A DNA stretch of 64,000 bases from an uncultured Acidimicrobiales bacterium (GCA_938038785.1 CALHTB010000021.1:6279-70278), one strand, 5' to 3'; positions 38,860-47,867 are shown, counted from the stretch's first letter. Translations and numbers: made by a program. The notes: generated by a model from the sequence alone, not told the origin.

Positions 38860-39756
38860 TCAGTTGAACTCGATCGGCACTCGGGCGATTTCCACATCGC
38901 CGAGCGCAATTACGACGACGTTCTCGCCAGCACCGGTGTCGCCAGCTCGTACGGTCGCAAGCGATGACGAGCCGACTGGCAACGTGTCGTGAACGAATCG
39001 TGTCGATGTGGTCGCCGGCGTGCCGTTAGCGTCTTCGACAACAACGGAGAACAGGCTCGTGTCAATGTCAACCGGTGTTGCGAGGCTCTTCAACCGAAGG
39101 GCGAACGAGTACTCGCCGTCTGCGGGCGGGGTCTCGTCGTAGACGAACACCTCGATGCTGTTCGGTGTGATGAGGCTGAGATCAACCGTTGGTGTTGGCG
39201 GATCGTCCGAGACGATTGGCTCAACCGCGTCGACAGGTTCGGTTGTGACCTCGTCGGCGTCGGGTGCAGCTACTGCCACGCCTGCAACGTCGGTGGTGAT
39301 CTCATCGACTGTGGTTTCTGCGGCCACGGCGTCATCGAGTGGGGCGTCATCGAGTGGGGCGTCGTCGAGCGCGGGCTCGTCGACCGGGGTGTCGATGCGC
39401 TCAGGCACCTCAGAACTGTCGAGGCCGACGGGTGCTGCTTGTTCAATCCGCGGATCGACTGTGGTGGATGCGGAACGACCTGGCATAAGGAAGGCAAGGA
39501 CGATGATCGATGGCACCGCTAGGGCGACCAATGCGGCTAGGTAGATTCCAGCTCGCTCGCCCTGAACAGGCTGCGCTGCGTGCTCGTGGGAGTCGTCGTC
39601 AACATCAGTGACGTCGCCGTTGACGTACTCGATCAGGTCTTCTTCTATTACTGACAACGCACTGTTTCTTTCCGCCCGCACTGGTATTTCGCTCCGTCTC
39701 TGACGGTATCGCACTCGTTCCGCAACTTTTCCAGCCGATCGCCCGATGACCCCCAA
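38860..39756 (-). CDS. N-terminally anchored surface protein, paralogous at its membrane anchor to the downstream gene
   Basis: ERAGIYLAALVALAVPSIIVLAFLMP matches ERAGLYLASLFALALPLLIILAITLP of 37363-38772. Acidic repeats (DDAPLDDAPLDDAV) and a C-terminal beta-rich domain. Start uncertain (TTG 39756 in the track). Confidence 0.5.
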   Translation of the reverse strand: MGVIGRSAGKVAERVRYRQRRSEIPVRAERNSALSVIEEDLIEYVNGDVTDVDDDSHEHAAQPVQGERAGIYLAALVALAVPSIIVLAFLMPGRSASTTVDPRIEQAAPVGLDSSEVPERIDTPVDEPALDDAPLDDAPLDDAVAAETTVDEITTDVAGVAVAAPDADEVTTEPVDAVEPIVSDDPPTPTVDLSLITPNSIEVFVYDETPPADGEYSFALRLKSLATPVDIDTSLFSVVVEDANGTPATTSTRFVHDTLPVGSSSLATVRAGDTGAGENVVVIALGDVEIARVPIEFN

Positions 39757-39820
39757 TTTAGGGTAGCTTCTCGATATAGGTCATGCCGTATGGGGAAATT
39801 GCCCGCCGTTTGCCGTTGCA

Positions 39821-39859
39821 ACTACGACAGCGAACTACGACAGCGAACTACGACAGCGC
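39821..39859. repeat. Three tandem copies of a 13-bp unit (ACTACGACAGCGA) spanning the stop codon of the oxidoreductase gene
   Basis: Copies at 39821-39833, 39834-39846 and 39847-39859 (last base differs). On the minus strand each copy carries TAG, so stops fall in all three frames. Confidence 0.9.
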
Positions 39860-41284
39860 TGTGTCGAGCGCTCTCCTGGCGGCACCTGCGCCGGCCATGC
39901 CATGGACACCTCCGCCGGGCGCGGCACTTGCGCTGGCGATGAACATCGTCGGGTCGGGCGTCGAATACAGGTTGGCCTGCGGTCGTGGACGCAGGAAGAG
40001 CTGGAGCCCACCATGGCTTCCTCCGCCGACATCTCCACCCACCAAGTTCGCGTTCTGTTGCTCGAGTGTTGGCGTGAGCGAAACGTGCGTGGCCCGAATG
40101 ACATCGCGGACGCCGGGAGCGAATCGCTCGATCTGTTGAATGATCGCCTCGGACTGATCAACTGTCGATCCGTTGGGAACGTGGCAATACGCCCAGGCGG
40201 TGTGGCTTCCCGACGGAGCTCGAGTTGGGTCGAACATGGTGTGTTGTGCGAGTAGGACGAACGGCTTGGCTGGGTGGCCACCGTCAGCCACCTCCTGCTC
40301 GGCAGCAACGACCTCATCGAGGGTGCCGCCGAGATGCACAGTTCCCGCTTCGGCAATGCTCGGGTTTGTCCAAGGAATCGGACCGTCGAGGGCGAGGTCG
40401 ACCTTGCATGCACCAGGTCCGTAGCGGAAGTTCGCCAGACCCTCCCGGTATTTGGGAGCAAAGTGATCTCCGGTGATGCGCAAGATTTGTCTCGGCGTGA
40501 GCGCAAACAGCGTGGCTTTGGCATTGGGGATATCGGACAACGACTCGACACGCTCGTTGGTTCTGATCTCACCGCCGAGGCTCGTCAGCAACGACACCAT
40601 CGCATCGATGATCGATTGTGCCCCGCGTTCGGGAAAACCCCAGCCTCCACAATGGACTAGTGAGCCCAACAGCAATCCGAACGACGTCGTTAGCGGTGAT
40701 GTCAGCGGCAGGATCGAATGGGCGGCGTGCCCGGCGAACAAGCTTTGCGCTTCGTCGGTGTTCCAGACCCGACGGGCAGTCGTGGCTGCGGGAAGCGCCG
40801 ACACCGCGCCGAAGCGGGCAGCGAACAGCGGGCGCTTTGGCACTCGGAGCACCGGGTTCAACGAGAGGTCGATGAGGTCGTCGATGGACGCGATCCAGTG
40901 TTCGTAGAAGCGGCGGTAGGCCTCGCCGTCAGCGCCTAGTTCGGCGACGGTTCGATCGAGGTCGTTCCACGCAACCCCCGCCCGGCCCCCGTCTAGTGGG
41001 TGCGCTGCAGCCGCGGGAGGTACTACCCATTGAAGGCCGTGAGCTTCGAGCTCGGAGAAGAGCGGCGCGAAGAATGGTGACGCCTTGACCATCGGGTGAA
41101 TCGCCGAACCCATGTCGTGAATGAACCCCGGTTCGGTGAGCTCGGCCGAACGCGCTGCACCGCCGATCGTGTCGTTAGCCTCCAACACCACAACCGAGCG
41201 CCCCGCCTTGGCCAGCGTGATCGCAGCAGCCAGGCCGTTGGGCCCCGAACCGATAATGACGGCATCGGTCGAGGTCGGTGACAT
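39848..41284 (-). CDS. Phytoene-desaturase-family NAD(P)/FAD-dependent oxidoreductase (COG1233-like)
   Basis: DAVIIGSGPNGLAAAITLAKAGRSVVVLEANDTIGGAARS dinucleotide fold. About 480 aa with a conserved C-terminal GGGVHGMAG block. Confidence 0.8.
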   Translation of the reverse strand: MSPTSTDAVIIGSGPNGLAAAITLAKAGRSVVVLEANDTIGGAARSAELTEPGFIHDMGSAIHPMVKASPFFAPLFSELEAHGLQWVVPPAAAAHPLDGGRAGVAWNDLDRTVAELGADGEAYRRFYEHWIASIDDLIDLSLNPVLRVPKRPLFAARFGAVSALPAATTARRVWNTDEAQSLFAGHAAHSILPLTSPLTTSFGLLLGSLVHCGGWGFPERGAQSIIDAMVSLLTSLGGEIRTNERVESLSDIPNAKATLFALTPRQILRITGDHFAPKYREGLANFRYGPGACKVDLALDGPIPWTNPSIAEAGTVHLGGTLDEVVAAEQEVADGGHPAKPFVLLAQHTMFDPTRAPSGSHTAWAYCHVPNGSTVDQSEAIIQQIERFAPGVRDVIRATHVSLTPTLEQQNANLVGGDVGGGSHGGLQLFLRPRPQANLYSTPDPTMFIASASAAPGGGVHGMAGAGAARRALDTALS

Positions 41285-41328
41285 GCCTCGATCGTACGGT
41301 TGCGCCGTTCACTCGGCATGCTGGAGCG

Positions 41329-42267
41329 ATGTCGATTCTGGTGAACCCGTGGTCGAGCGGTGACAAATGGATGGCCGAACTTCAGTCGAACCTGCCCGAT
41401 GAGCAGTTTGTTCTGTGGTCCGACGTAGACGATAGCTTCGATCGCCAGTCGGTAGAGATGGTCGTGGCCTGGCGGATGAAACGTGCCGACCTCCAGACGT
41501 TCACTAACCTCCACACGATCTTGTCGATGGGTGCAGGCACCGAGCAATGGCAACGCGATGGCACCCCTGCAGTGCGAATCGTCCGGCTCGCCGACCCGGC
41601 CATGAGCGATGAGATGGCCGCCTACGCGCTGCATTGGGTCACTCACTTCCAACGCGACTTCGACAGTCGATTTGGGGCCGATGATCTCGGCCGTTGGGGG
41701 TCGAGCAGCGGCACCTACCCGGCGCCATCGGAGCATCGAGTTGGAATCCTTGGGTACGGCACGATCGGGCGTCGCATCGGCCGGTCGTTCGCCGAGCTCG
41801 GCTATCCAATCAGTGCATGGTCACGAAGTGGTACCGATGACGAGGGCGTTTCGTCGTTCGCAGGGGTGGACGAACTCGCCAACTTCCTCGGTAGTTGCGA
41901 CGCGGTCATCAACGTTTTGCCAAATACCCCTGCGACTTCGGGTCTGCTGACCGCCGAACGGTTTGCGCAGTTCGCTAATGGTTCGATCTTCATCAACATT
42001 GGTCGTGGCACGGTTGTGGCCGATGAGGCCGAACTGGTCGCAGCTCTCGACTCGGGGCCGTTACGTGCAGCGGTGCTCGACGTGACAAACCCCGAACCAC
42101 CTTCGGCGAGTTCTCCGCTGCTCACTCACCCACAGGTGTGGCTCACCCCGCACATTGCCGGGAGCACCCAGGTGCGTTCAGCGGCCAAGCTCATTTCCGA
42201 CAACATCACTCGAATTCGAACCGGTGAAGAGCCGTTCCCCGTCGTCGACCCTGCCACCGGGTACTAG
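41329..42267 (+). CDS. D-2-hydroxyacid dehydrogenase family (glyoxylate/hydroxypyruvate reductase A-like)
   Basis: GILGYGTIGRRIGRSF (NAD site), INIGRGTVV and TPHIAGST blocks. Start taken at ATG 41329. Confidence 0.8.
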   Translation: MSILVNPWSSGDKWMAELQSNLPDEQFVLWSDVDDSFDRQSVEMVVAWRMKRADLQTFTNLHTILSMGAGTEQWQRDGTPAVRIVRLADPAMSDEMAAYALHWVTHFQRDFDSRFGADDLGRWGSSSGTYPAPSEHRVGILGYGTIGRRIGRSFAELGYPISAWSRSGTDDEGVSSFAGVDELANFLGSCDAVINVLPNTPATSGLLTAERFAQFANGSIFINIGRGTVVADEAELVAALDSGPLRAAVLDVTNPEPPSASSPLLTHPQVWLTPHIAGSTQVRSAAKLISDNITRIRTGEEPFPVVDPATGY

Positions 42268-42274
42268 AGGTCGC

Positions 42275-43054
42275 TCAATCTCGGTCTAGGTCGTCACCGT
42301 CTTCGGCGACGATGTCGTTCCATCGTGCGGTGATGTCCGCGTCCCAGTTGGCCGCTGTTGTTCGAACCAACTCTCGACACGTCGATCGCAAGAGCGGTGA
42401 AAGGGAGAGCTCGTGTTCGACATCGTCCAATTCGTCTTCGGTGCGAATCGACAGCGCCGCGTCCTCCAACGGACCCGTTGCGATCCATGCCAACTCATCT
42501 TCAGTCTCGGCAAGCTCTAGCCCGACTCGAATAAAGCGAAGTCTCCGTGCGATCGAGAAGCCGTTGAGCACCGTGTCTTGGAAGTCGGTAGCACGCACGA
42601 GCGCGGCGTCTTCCTCCTTGGTGAGATGCTGACGCCGGCTCTCGGATTGTGCGCGCAAGATTGCACGCCAGTCGTCGAATTGCTTCCGTGCACGTTGACG
42701 TGGGCTAAGCCGGATCGTTACTCCGAGGAATCTCGCGAGCCGGGCGGGCAGGAGGGGATTGCTCCCTGGTTGTTCAAACACCTCTGTCTCGTCATGCAGG
42801 AGGTCAGTTGCCAGTCCGTAGTCGGGGAGCTTGCGTTGCAGCGCGCGATAGTCACTAGGAAACAGTGCGAGCCGGAGCTCGTGAAATTCCCTCGTCTGGA
42901 GCTCCATGTCGAAGAGGTTCGATGTCCAGAAAGGTGTTTGCCTCGGGCAGAGTGCAGCGATTCCTATGGCGACGAAACGGAGTTCAAGCGCGCTAGGTCC
43001 AATGAGATAATCACTATCGATTTTGAATCGCCGGAGCTTGTCGGTCACCTTCAT
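42275..43054 (-). CDS. Hypothetical helical protein, paralogue B of a tandem pair
   Basis: Shares DYLIGP, LSPRQRARKQFDDWR, ARRLRFIRVGLELAE and ARWNDIV blocks with the upstream gene. ATG 43054 overlaps the upstream stop (ATGA at 43051-43054). Confidence 0.6.
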   Translation of the reverse strand: MKVTDKLRRFKIDSDYLIGPSALELRFVAIGIAALCPRQTPFWTSNLFDMELQTREFHELRLALFPSDYRALQRKLPDYGLATDLLHDETEVFEQPGSNPLLPARLARFLGVTIRLSPRQRARKQFDDWRAILRAQSESRRQHLTKEEDAALVRATDFQDTVLNGFSIARRLRFIRVGLELAETEDELAWIATGPLEDAALSIRTEDELDDVEHELSLSPLLRSTCRELVRTTAANWDADITARWNDIVAEDGDDLDRD

Positions 43055-43767
43055 GAGCGGCTCACGATCGATGACCAGCGCTCGGAGATGTCGGTGTCCC
43101 ACCGAGCATGTTCGATATCTGCGAGGTACCGGCAGGCTTGGCTCAGTTGCGGCGAAACCAGGAGCTCGGTCTCTACTTCGTCCAACTCTGAGAGCACCGA
43201 GATCGAGGTGACTGCGTTCTGCAAGGGACCGGCCACGATCTGAGCCGTCTCCTCATCGTCTTCAGCGAGCTCGAGACCAACATGTATGAACCGTAGCTGT
43301 CGTGCGAGCGTGAGCTGTTTCTGTTGGGTCTCCTCGAACGCGGTCACGCGACCAAAGGCTGCAACCTCGTCCTTGTTCAGCTTCTCGAGCCGGTAGGCGG
43401 CCTGGGCCTGCTGGATACTCCTGCGGTCGTCGAAGTGCTTCCTGGCACGTTGTCTCGGACTCATCGAAACGTCGACCGCAAGTGATTGTTTGACGCGATC
43501 AGAAATCGACTTGTCGCTGCGTGGCGGCTCGTAGATGTCACGCGCATGATGGAGGAGATCGATAGGTAGACCCTGGCGGGGGAATACCCGTCGAAGCTTC
43601 TCGAAATCGTCGACTTCGAGGTGGAGATAGCGGAAGGCGAACTTGCCGGGATGCCAGTACGCCTTGGCCTCCGGCACAAGCTGGGCAACTCGGTCACGCA
43701 GGGACCGCACCTTCAGTCGACGGGGCCCGACGAGGTAGTCGTTGTCGACCACATACTGCTCGGCCAT
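43051..43767 (-). CDS. Hypothetical helical protein, paralogue A of a tandem pair
   Basis: 238 aa. DYLVGP, MSPRQRARKHFDDRR, ARQLRFIHVGLELAE and ERWSSIV. Start abuts the IclR stop with no spacer. Confidence 0.6.
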   Translation of the reverse strand: MAEQYVVDNDYLVGPRRLKVRSLRDRVAQLVPEAKAYWHPGKFAFRYLHLEVDDFEKLRRVFPRQGLPIDLLHHARDIYEPPRSDKSISDRVKQSLAVDVSMSPRQRARKHFDDRRSIQQAQAAYRLEKLNKDEVAAFGRVTAFEETQQKQLTLARQLRFIHVGLELAEDDEETAQIVAGPLQNAVTSISVLSELDEVETELLVSPQLSQACRYLADIEHARWDTDISERWSSIVSRS

Positions 43768-44538
43768 TCAGACCTCTGGAAGCAATGCGTTGGCTCGCTC
43801 TGTGACGAGCGCGAGCAGTTCGTCGGCTAGCCGTGGGCGCTGCTGCGGATTGAGCCGATATGCCGGGCCGAAGAGGCTGACGGTTGCGACCAGTTCTTCG
43901 TTGCGAACTAGCGGAACCGCCAATCCGTTGACGCCAACGTCGAGCTCCTGATCGGTCCAGCAGTATCCGTCGGTGCGAATCTTGGCCACGCGCTTCTTCA
44001 GTCGGGCCGGGGTCGTCATCGAGTGTTCGGTCGATGCGTCGAGTTGATGGAGTAGTGATTCTCTGAGACGGTCAGCCGGCCACCACGCCATGGTCACAAG
44101 TCCGGGAGCTACGAGATGAAAGCGATGGCGCTCGCCGGTGACATCGGGAACGGATACGGCGTGTTCGGCCGACACCTGCGACAGGTAGAGCAACGCATCG
44201 CCATCGTCGACCGAGAGCGCAGCATTCTCGTCGAAGGTCTGAACTAGCTCAGCGAGCAGCGGGCGTAGCTGGTCTCCAATCATGGGTTCGGCGCCGGTGT
44301 CGGGCTGCAGTGTGGCGAGCGCGCTCCCTGCGATGACCGACCCGTCGCTGGTGCGAGCGACCATGCCGAGCTGCGTGAGCGTGCCGATGAGCCTGCTGAC
44401 CGTAGAGCGCGGCAGGCCGCTACGACGCCCGAGCTCTCGAACACCGAGGGACTCTTGCGCGGCGACGACAATCTGCAGGAGGCGAAACGCCCGCTCGATG
44501 GGGCTCTCTCCTATTGACGTGTTGTCGGTCACAGCCAT
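43768..44538 (-). CDS. IclR-family transcriptional regulator
   Basis: SPIERAFRLLQIVVAAQESLGVRELGRRSGLPRSTVSRLIGTLTQLGMV HTH plus an effector domain. Start at ATG 44538, because the longer track ORF overlaps the divergent gene. Confidence 0.85.
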   Translation of the reverse strand: MAVTDNTSIGESPIERAFRLLQIVVAAQESLGVRELGRRSGLPRSTVSRLIGTLTQLGMVARTSDGSVIAGSALATLQPDTGAEPMIGDQLRPLLAELVQTFDENAALSVDDGDALLYLSQVSAEHAVSVPDVTGERHRFHLVAPGLVTMAWWPADRLRESLLHQLDASTEHSMTTPARLKKRVAKIRTDGYCWTDQELDVGVNGLAVPLVRNEELVATVSLFGPAYRLNPQQRPRLADELLALVTERANALLPEV

Positions 44539-44562
44539 ACACTTAATCCTACTGAACAGGAC

Positions 44563-44579
44563 GTCCCATTCAACGGGAC
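44563..44579. promoter_or_regulatory. Palindrome in the IclR / gamma-butyrobetaine operon divergent region
   Basis: GTCCC-attcaac-GGGAC within the 79-bp intergenic region. Confidence 0.25.
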
Positions 44580-44617
44580 ACTTGGGAATCTGCTCACCGA
44601 ACACAAGTGGGGTCTCC

Positions 44618-45826
44618 ATGGCCATCGTTGAACATGGCGAACACCAGCTGCCACCAACTCCCGACTTCTACGAGTATCCGTGGACGCCGATCGAGTCGGT
44701 GTCGGTCGACGGTCGGTTCGTAGTTGTTCGGTGGGCTGACGGTGTTGAGCTCGAGGCATTCGACTGGTGGTTGCTCGAGAATGTGGTCGACCGTGGTTTT
44801 GATCTGGCGACGCGTGAACAGCTGATCGATCCGGCTGCGCTTACCAACGATGTCGCCGTCGAGTCCGCTGTCGTCGTCGACGATGGTGCACTACAAGTCA
44901 CCTTCACCGGATCGACACCGGCGACGTTTCACCCGGGGTGGCTTCGCCATGTCGCCGACGACCAGCACCTAGCCCAAAGCTGGCTTCCCGAGCCGACGAG
45001 CTGGACTCCCGCCACGTTCACCGAACCGCCAACGCACGACGGCTCGGTGGTGCTCGATGACGATGCGACGTTCGGCGCGTGGCTCGACGACCTCGTTCGC
45101 TATGGCATTGCCCGCCTCCGTGGATGCCCAACCGACGAAGGTTTCAACGCGGTACTCGCCGGGAAAATCGGGGCCGTGCGCGACACGAATTTTGGTCCGT
45201 TCTGGGATGTGAAGGCTGACGTCGAGATGGCCGGTTCGGCCGACACGAACTCGACGGCCAACACCAACCTCCGCTTAGGCCCCCATACCGATCTCCCCAC
45301 CCGGGAGACGCCGCCGGGCTTTCAATTTCTTCATTGTGTTGTGAACGAAGCCGGGGGTGGCTTCTCGACAATGGCCGACGGTGCCGCGGTCGTCGATGCT
45401 CTGCGCGAACAGCACCCCGAACACTACGAGGCGTTGACCACTCTCAACTGGGTGTTCTTTAACCGAGGTCCAGGCATTGACCATCGGTGGTCGGGTCCGT
45501 TCATTGACCACGGTGTCGCCAACGCCCCGCTCACGCTTCGCGCCTTCTATCCCGTCCGGGCCTTCCCCGACATGGCGCCTGCCGACCAACCGCGTGCGTA
45601 CGAAGCAATGCGGTGCTTTAGCCAGATGGCCGACAGTGCTCGCTTCAAAATCGCGTACCCGTTCAAGCCCGGAGACCTCGTCGGCTTCGACAACCGACGT
45701 ATTCTGCACGGGCGAGATGCCTTTGAATCGGGTGGTCGGCGCCACCTCCGGGGCATGTATATCGATCAGGACGAAATCCGCTCGACGGGCCGAGTTATTA
45801 ACCGGCGACTAGCCAACCAGATCTAA
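44618..45826 (+). CDS. Gamma-butyrobetaine hydroxylase / trimethyllysine dioxygenase family (DUF971 + TauD-fold) Fe(II)/2OG oxygenase
   Basis: N-terminal VSVDGRFVVVRWADGVELEAFDWWLLEN (DUF971-like). LRLGPHTDLPTRETPPGFQFLHCV (HxD plus the QxLHC block characteristic of BBOX/TMLH). ATG at 44618. Confidence 0.75.
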   Translation: MAIVEHGEHQLPPTPDFYEYPWTPIESVSVDGRFVVVRWADGVELEAFDWWLLENVVDRGFDLATREQLIDPAALTNDVAVESAVVVDDGALQVTFTGSTPATFHPGWLRHVADDQHLAQSWLPEPTSWTPATFTEPPTHDGSVVLDDDATFGAWLDDLVRYGIARLRGCPTDEGFNAVLAGKIGAVRDTNFGPFWDVKADVEMAGSADTNSTANTNLRLGPHTDLPTRETPPGFQFLHCVVNEAGGGFSTMADGAAVVDALREQHPEHYEALTTLNWVFFNRGPGIDHRWSGPFIDHGVANAPLTLRAFYPVRAFPDMAPADQPRAYEAMRCFSQMADSARFKIAYPFKPGDLVGFDNRRILHGRDAFESGGRRHLRGMYIDQDEIRSTGRVINRRLANQI

Positions 45827-45841
45827 GGAAAGTAGATACCA

Positions 45842-46738
45842 ATGACAATCCATGATGGTGTATTCATCACCTGCGCCGTGACCGGCGGCGGTGCGACCAC
45901 GGCCAAGTCCGACAAGGTTCCGATCACCCCCGAGGAGATCGCCGACGCGTGCATCGAGGCCGCAAAGGCCGGAGCTGCGATCACCCACGTGCACGTTCGC
46001 GAAGACAACGGCGCGCCCTCACGAGACATTGGCAAGTACGCCGAGGTAGTGGAGCGTGTTCGCGAGAGTGACACCGACGTCGTGTTGAACCTCACTGCGG
46101 GCATGGGCGGCGACATCGTGCTCGGTGGTGTCGAAACCCCCTTGCCTCCAGCCGAGGATGGCACCGACATGGTGGGTGCAACCGAACGGGTCGAGCACGT
46201 CCGCCAGCTCAAGCCCGAAATCTGCACGCTCGACTGCGGCACGATGAACTTCGGTGAGGGCGACTACATCATGACGAACACGCCTAGTCAGCTCGAAGAG
46301 ATGGCCAAGCAAATGACCGAGATCGGCACCCGCATCGAGATCGAAGCCTTCGACACCGGCCACTTGGCCCACGCCAAGAGCCTGGTGTCGCGCGGCATCA
46401 TCCCGAACCCGGTCATGGTGCAGCTGTGCATGGGCATCCCATGGGGTGCGCCCGACGACCTCAACACGTTTATGGCGATGCGCAACAACATCCCCGACGA
46501 CTGGACCTTCTCGGCGTTCAGCATCAGCCGCAACCAGCTCAAGTATGTGTCGCTCGCGGCCATGGCCGGGGGCAACGTACGCGTCGGCCTTGAAGACAAC
46601 ATCTACCTCGACCGTGGCGTGCTCGCCACCAACGGCGACCTCGTCGAGCGCGCGGTCACCATTCTCGAAGCGCAGAACTACAACCTGCTGACGCCGCAGC
46701 AGGTTCGCGAGAACCTCGACCTTACGAAGCATGGCTGA
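45842..46738 (+). CDS. BKACE family (3-keto-5-aminohexanoate cleavage enzyme-like; dehydrocarnitine cleavage enzyme candidate)
   Basis: FITCAVTGGGATTAKSDKVPITPEEIADACIEAAKAGAAITHVHVRE is the typical DUF849/BKACE N-terminus. 298 aa. Confidence 0.85.
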   Translation: MTIHDGVFITCAVTGGGATTAKSDKVPITPEEIADACIEAAKAGAAITHVHVREDNGAPSRDIGKYAEVVERVRESDTDVVLNLTAGMGGDIVLGGVETPLPPAEDGTDMVGATERVEHVRQLKPEICTLDCGTMNFGEGDYIMTNTPSQLEEMAKQMTEIGTRIEIEAFDTGHLAHAKSLVSRGIIPNPVMVQLCMGIPWGAPDDLNTFMAMRNNIPDDWTFSAFSISRNQLKYVSLAAMAGGNVRVGLEDNIYLDRGVLATNGDLVERAVTILEAQNYNLLTPQQVRENLDLTKHG

Positions 46739-46743
46739 TCAAC

Positions 46744-47775
46744 ATGAGTGACCTTGAAGACGAGTCAGCAGAGCAGTCCGAGCGAAGCGAATCTGCGATT
46801 GCGAGAGTGACAGTAGAGCGTGCCGCTGTCGTTGGTTGCGGTGTGATCGGTGCTGCGTGGGCCAGCCGAATGCTGCTCAACGGCGTCGACGTCGCCATTA
46901 GCGACCCGTCTGAGAACGCCGAGCAGATCCTCACCGAGGTTCTGGCCAACGCAGTTGCCGCGTACGACGACCTCGGCCTGCCGACCAATCGCCAAGGCAC
47001 CTACCGGATGGCGATGTCGGTTGCTGACGCCGTCACCGACGCGCAGTTCATCCAAGAGAGCGTTCCCGAACGGCCCGACATCAAAGCCGCGGTCCTGGCC
47101 GAGATCGAGGCGGCCGCGCCGGTCGACACGATCATCGGGTCGTCCACCTCGGGCATCAAGCCATCGACCATGCAGGCAACAATGACCAACCCTGAGCGGC
47201 TCGTGGTCGGCCATCCATACAACCCGGTGTACCTGCTGCCGGTGGTCGAGGTCGTCGGTGGCGAACACACTCCCATCGAGGTCATTCGCAAGGCGCAAGG
47301 CATCTATGCGGGCATCGGCATGAAGCCCGTGCACGTGCGCGTTGAGATCGACGCCTTTGTCGGCGACCGCCTGCTCGAAGCCGTGTGGCGCGAGGCGCTA
47401 TGGCTCGTCAATGACGGTGTGGCGACCACCCAAGAGATCGACGACATCATGACCCACGGCTTCGGTCTGCGATGGGCACAGATGGGCTTGTTCGAGACGT
47501 ATCGGGTTGCTGGCGGCGCGGGCGGGTTCCGTCACTTCATCGAACAGTTCGGCCCGACGCTCGAATGGCCGTGGACCAAGCTGATGGATACGCCCGACTT
47601 CACCCCCGAGCTGGTCGACACGCTCGTCGAGCAGAGCGACGCGCAGTCCGGTGAGCACACGATCCGCGAGCTCGAACGAACCCGCGATCAGAACGTTGTC
47701 GGCTTTCTGAAGGTTCTCGAAGCAAACAACTGGGGCGCCGGCACCACAATCGCGGAGCACCGAAACGCCACCTGA
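46744..47775 (+). CDS. L-carnitine dehydrogenase-like 3-hydroxyacyl-CoA dehydrogenase family protein
   Basis: AAVVGCGVIGAAWASRMLLNGVDVAISDPSENAEQILTEVLANA closely resembles the LcdH/CdhA N-terminus as I recall it. C-terminal HAD dimerisation domain. Confidence 0.75.
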   Translation: MSDLEDESAEQSERSESAIARVTVERAAVVGCGVIGAAWASRMLLNGVDVAISDPSENAEQILTEVLANAVAAYDDLGLPTNRQGTYRMAMSVADAVTDAQFIQESVPERPDIKAAVLAEIEAAAPVDTIIGSSTSGIKPSTMQATMTNPERLVVGHPYNPVYLLPVVEVVGGEHTPIEVIRKAQGIYAGIGMKPVHVRVEIDAFVGDRLLEAVWREALWLVNDGVATTQEIDDIMTHGFGLRWAQMGLFETYRVAGGAGGFRHFIEQFGPTLEWPWTKLMDTPDFTPELVDTLVEQSDAQSGEHTIRELERTRDQNVVGFLKVLEANNWGAGTTIAEHRNAT

Positions 47776-47867
47776 CATCCGGGCTCAGGCCCCACATGTC
47801 AGCTAGCGCCGTACGATCGAATCACTAGGTTTGGAGAGCTGATCTACGGAAAGGTTCCTGTAGTCGA

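Noticed and set aside
43051-43767. HEPN-like Rx4-6H motif (RQLRFIH) in paralogue A, suggesting an RNase or defence function
   Set aside because: The His is replaced by Arg in the paralogue (RRLRFIR), and there is no other HEPN feature. This is too weak to call.
44282-44617. N-terminal extension of the gamma-butyrobetaine hydroxylase ORF (514-aa version)
   Set aside because: It runs antisense through the IclR gene. The DUF971-like domain begins right after ATG 44618.
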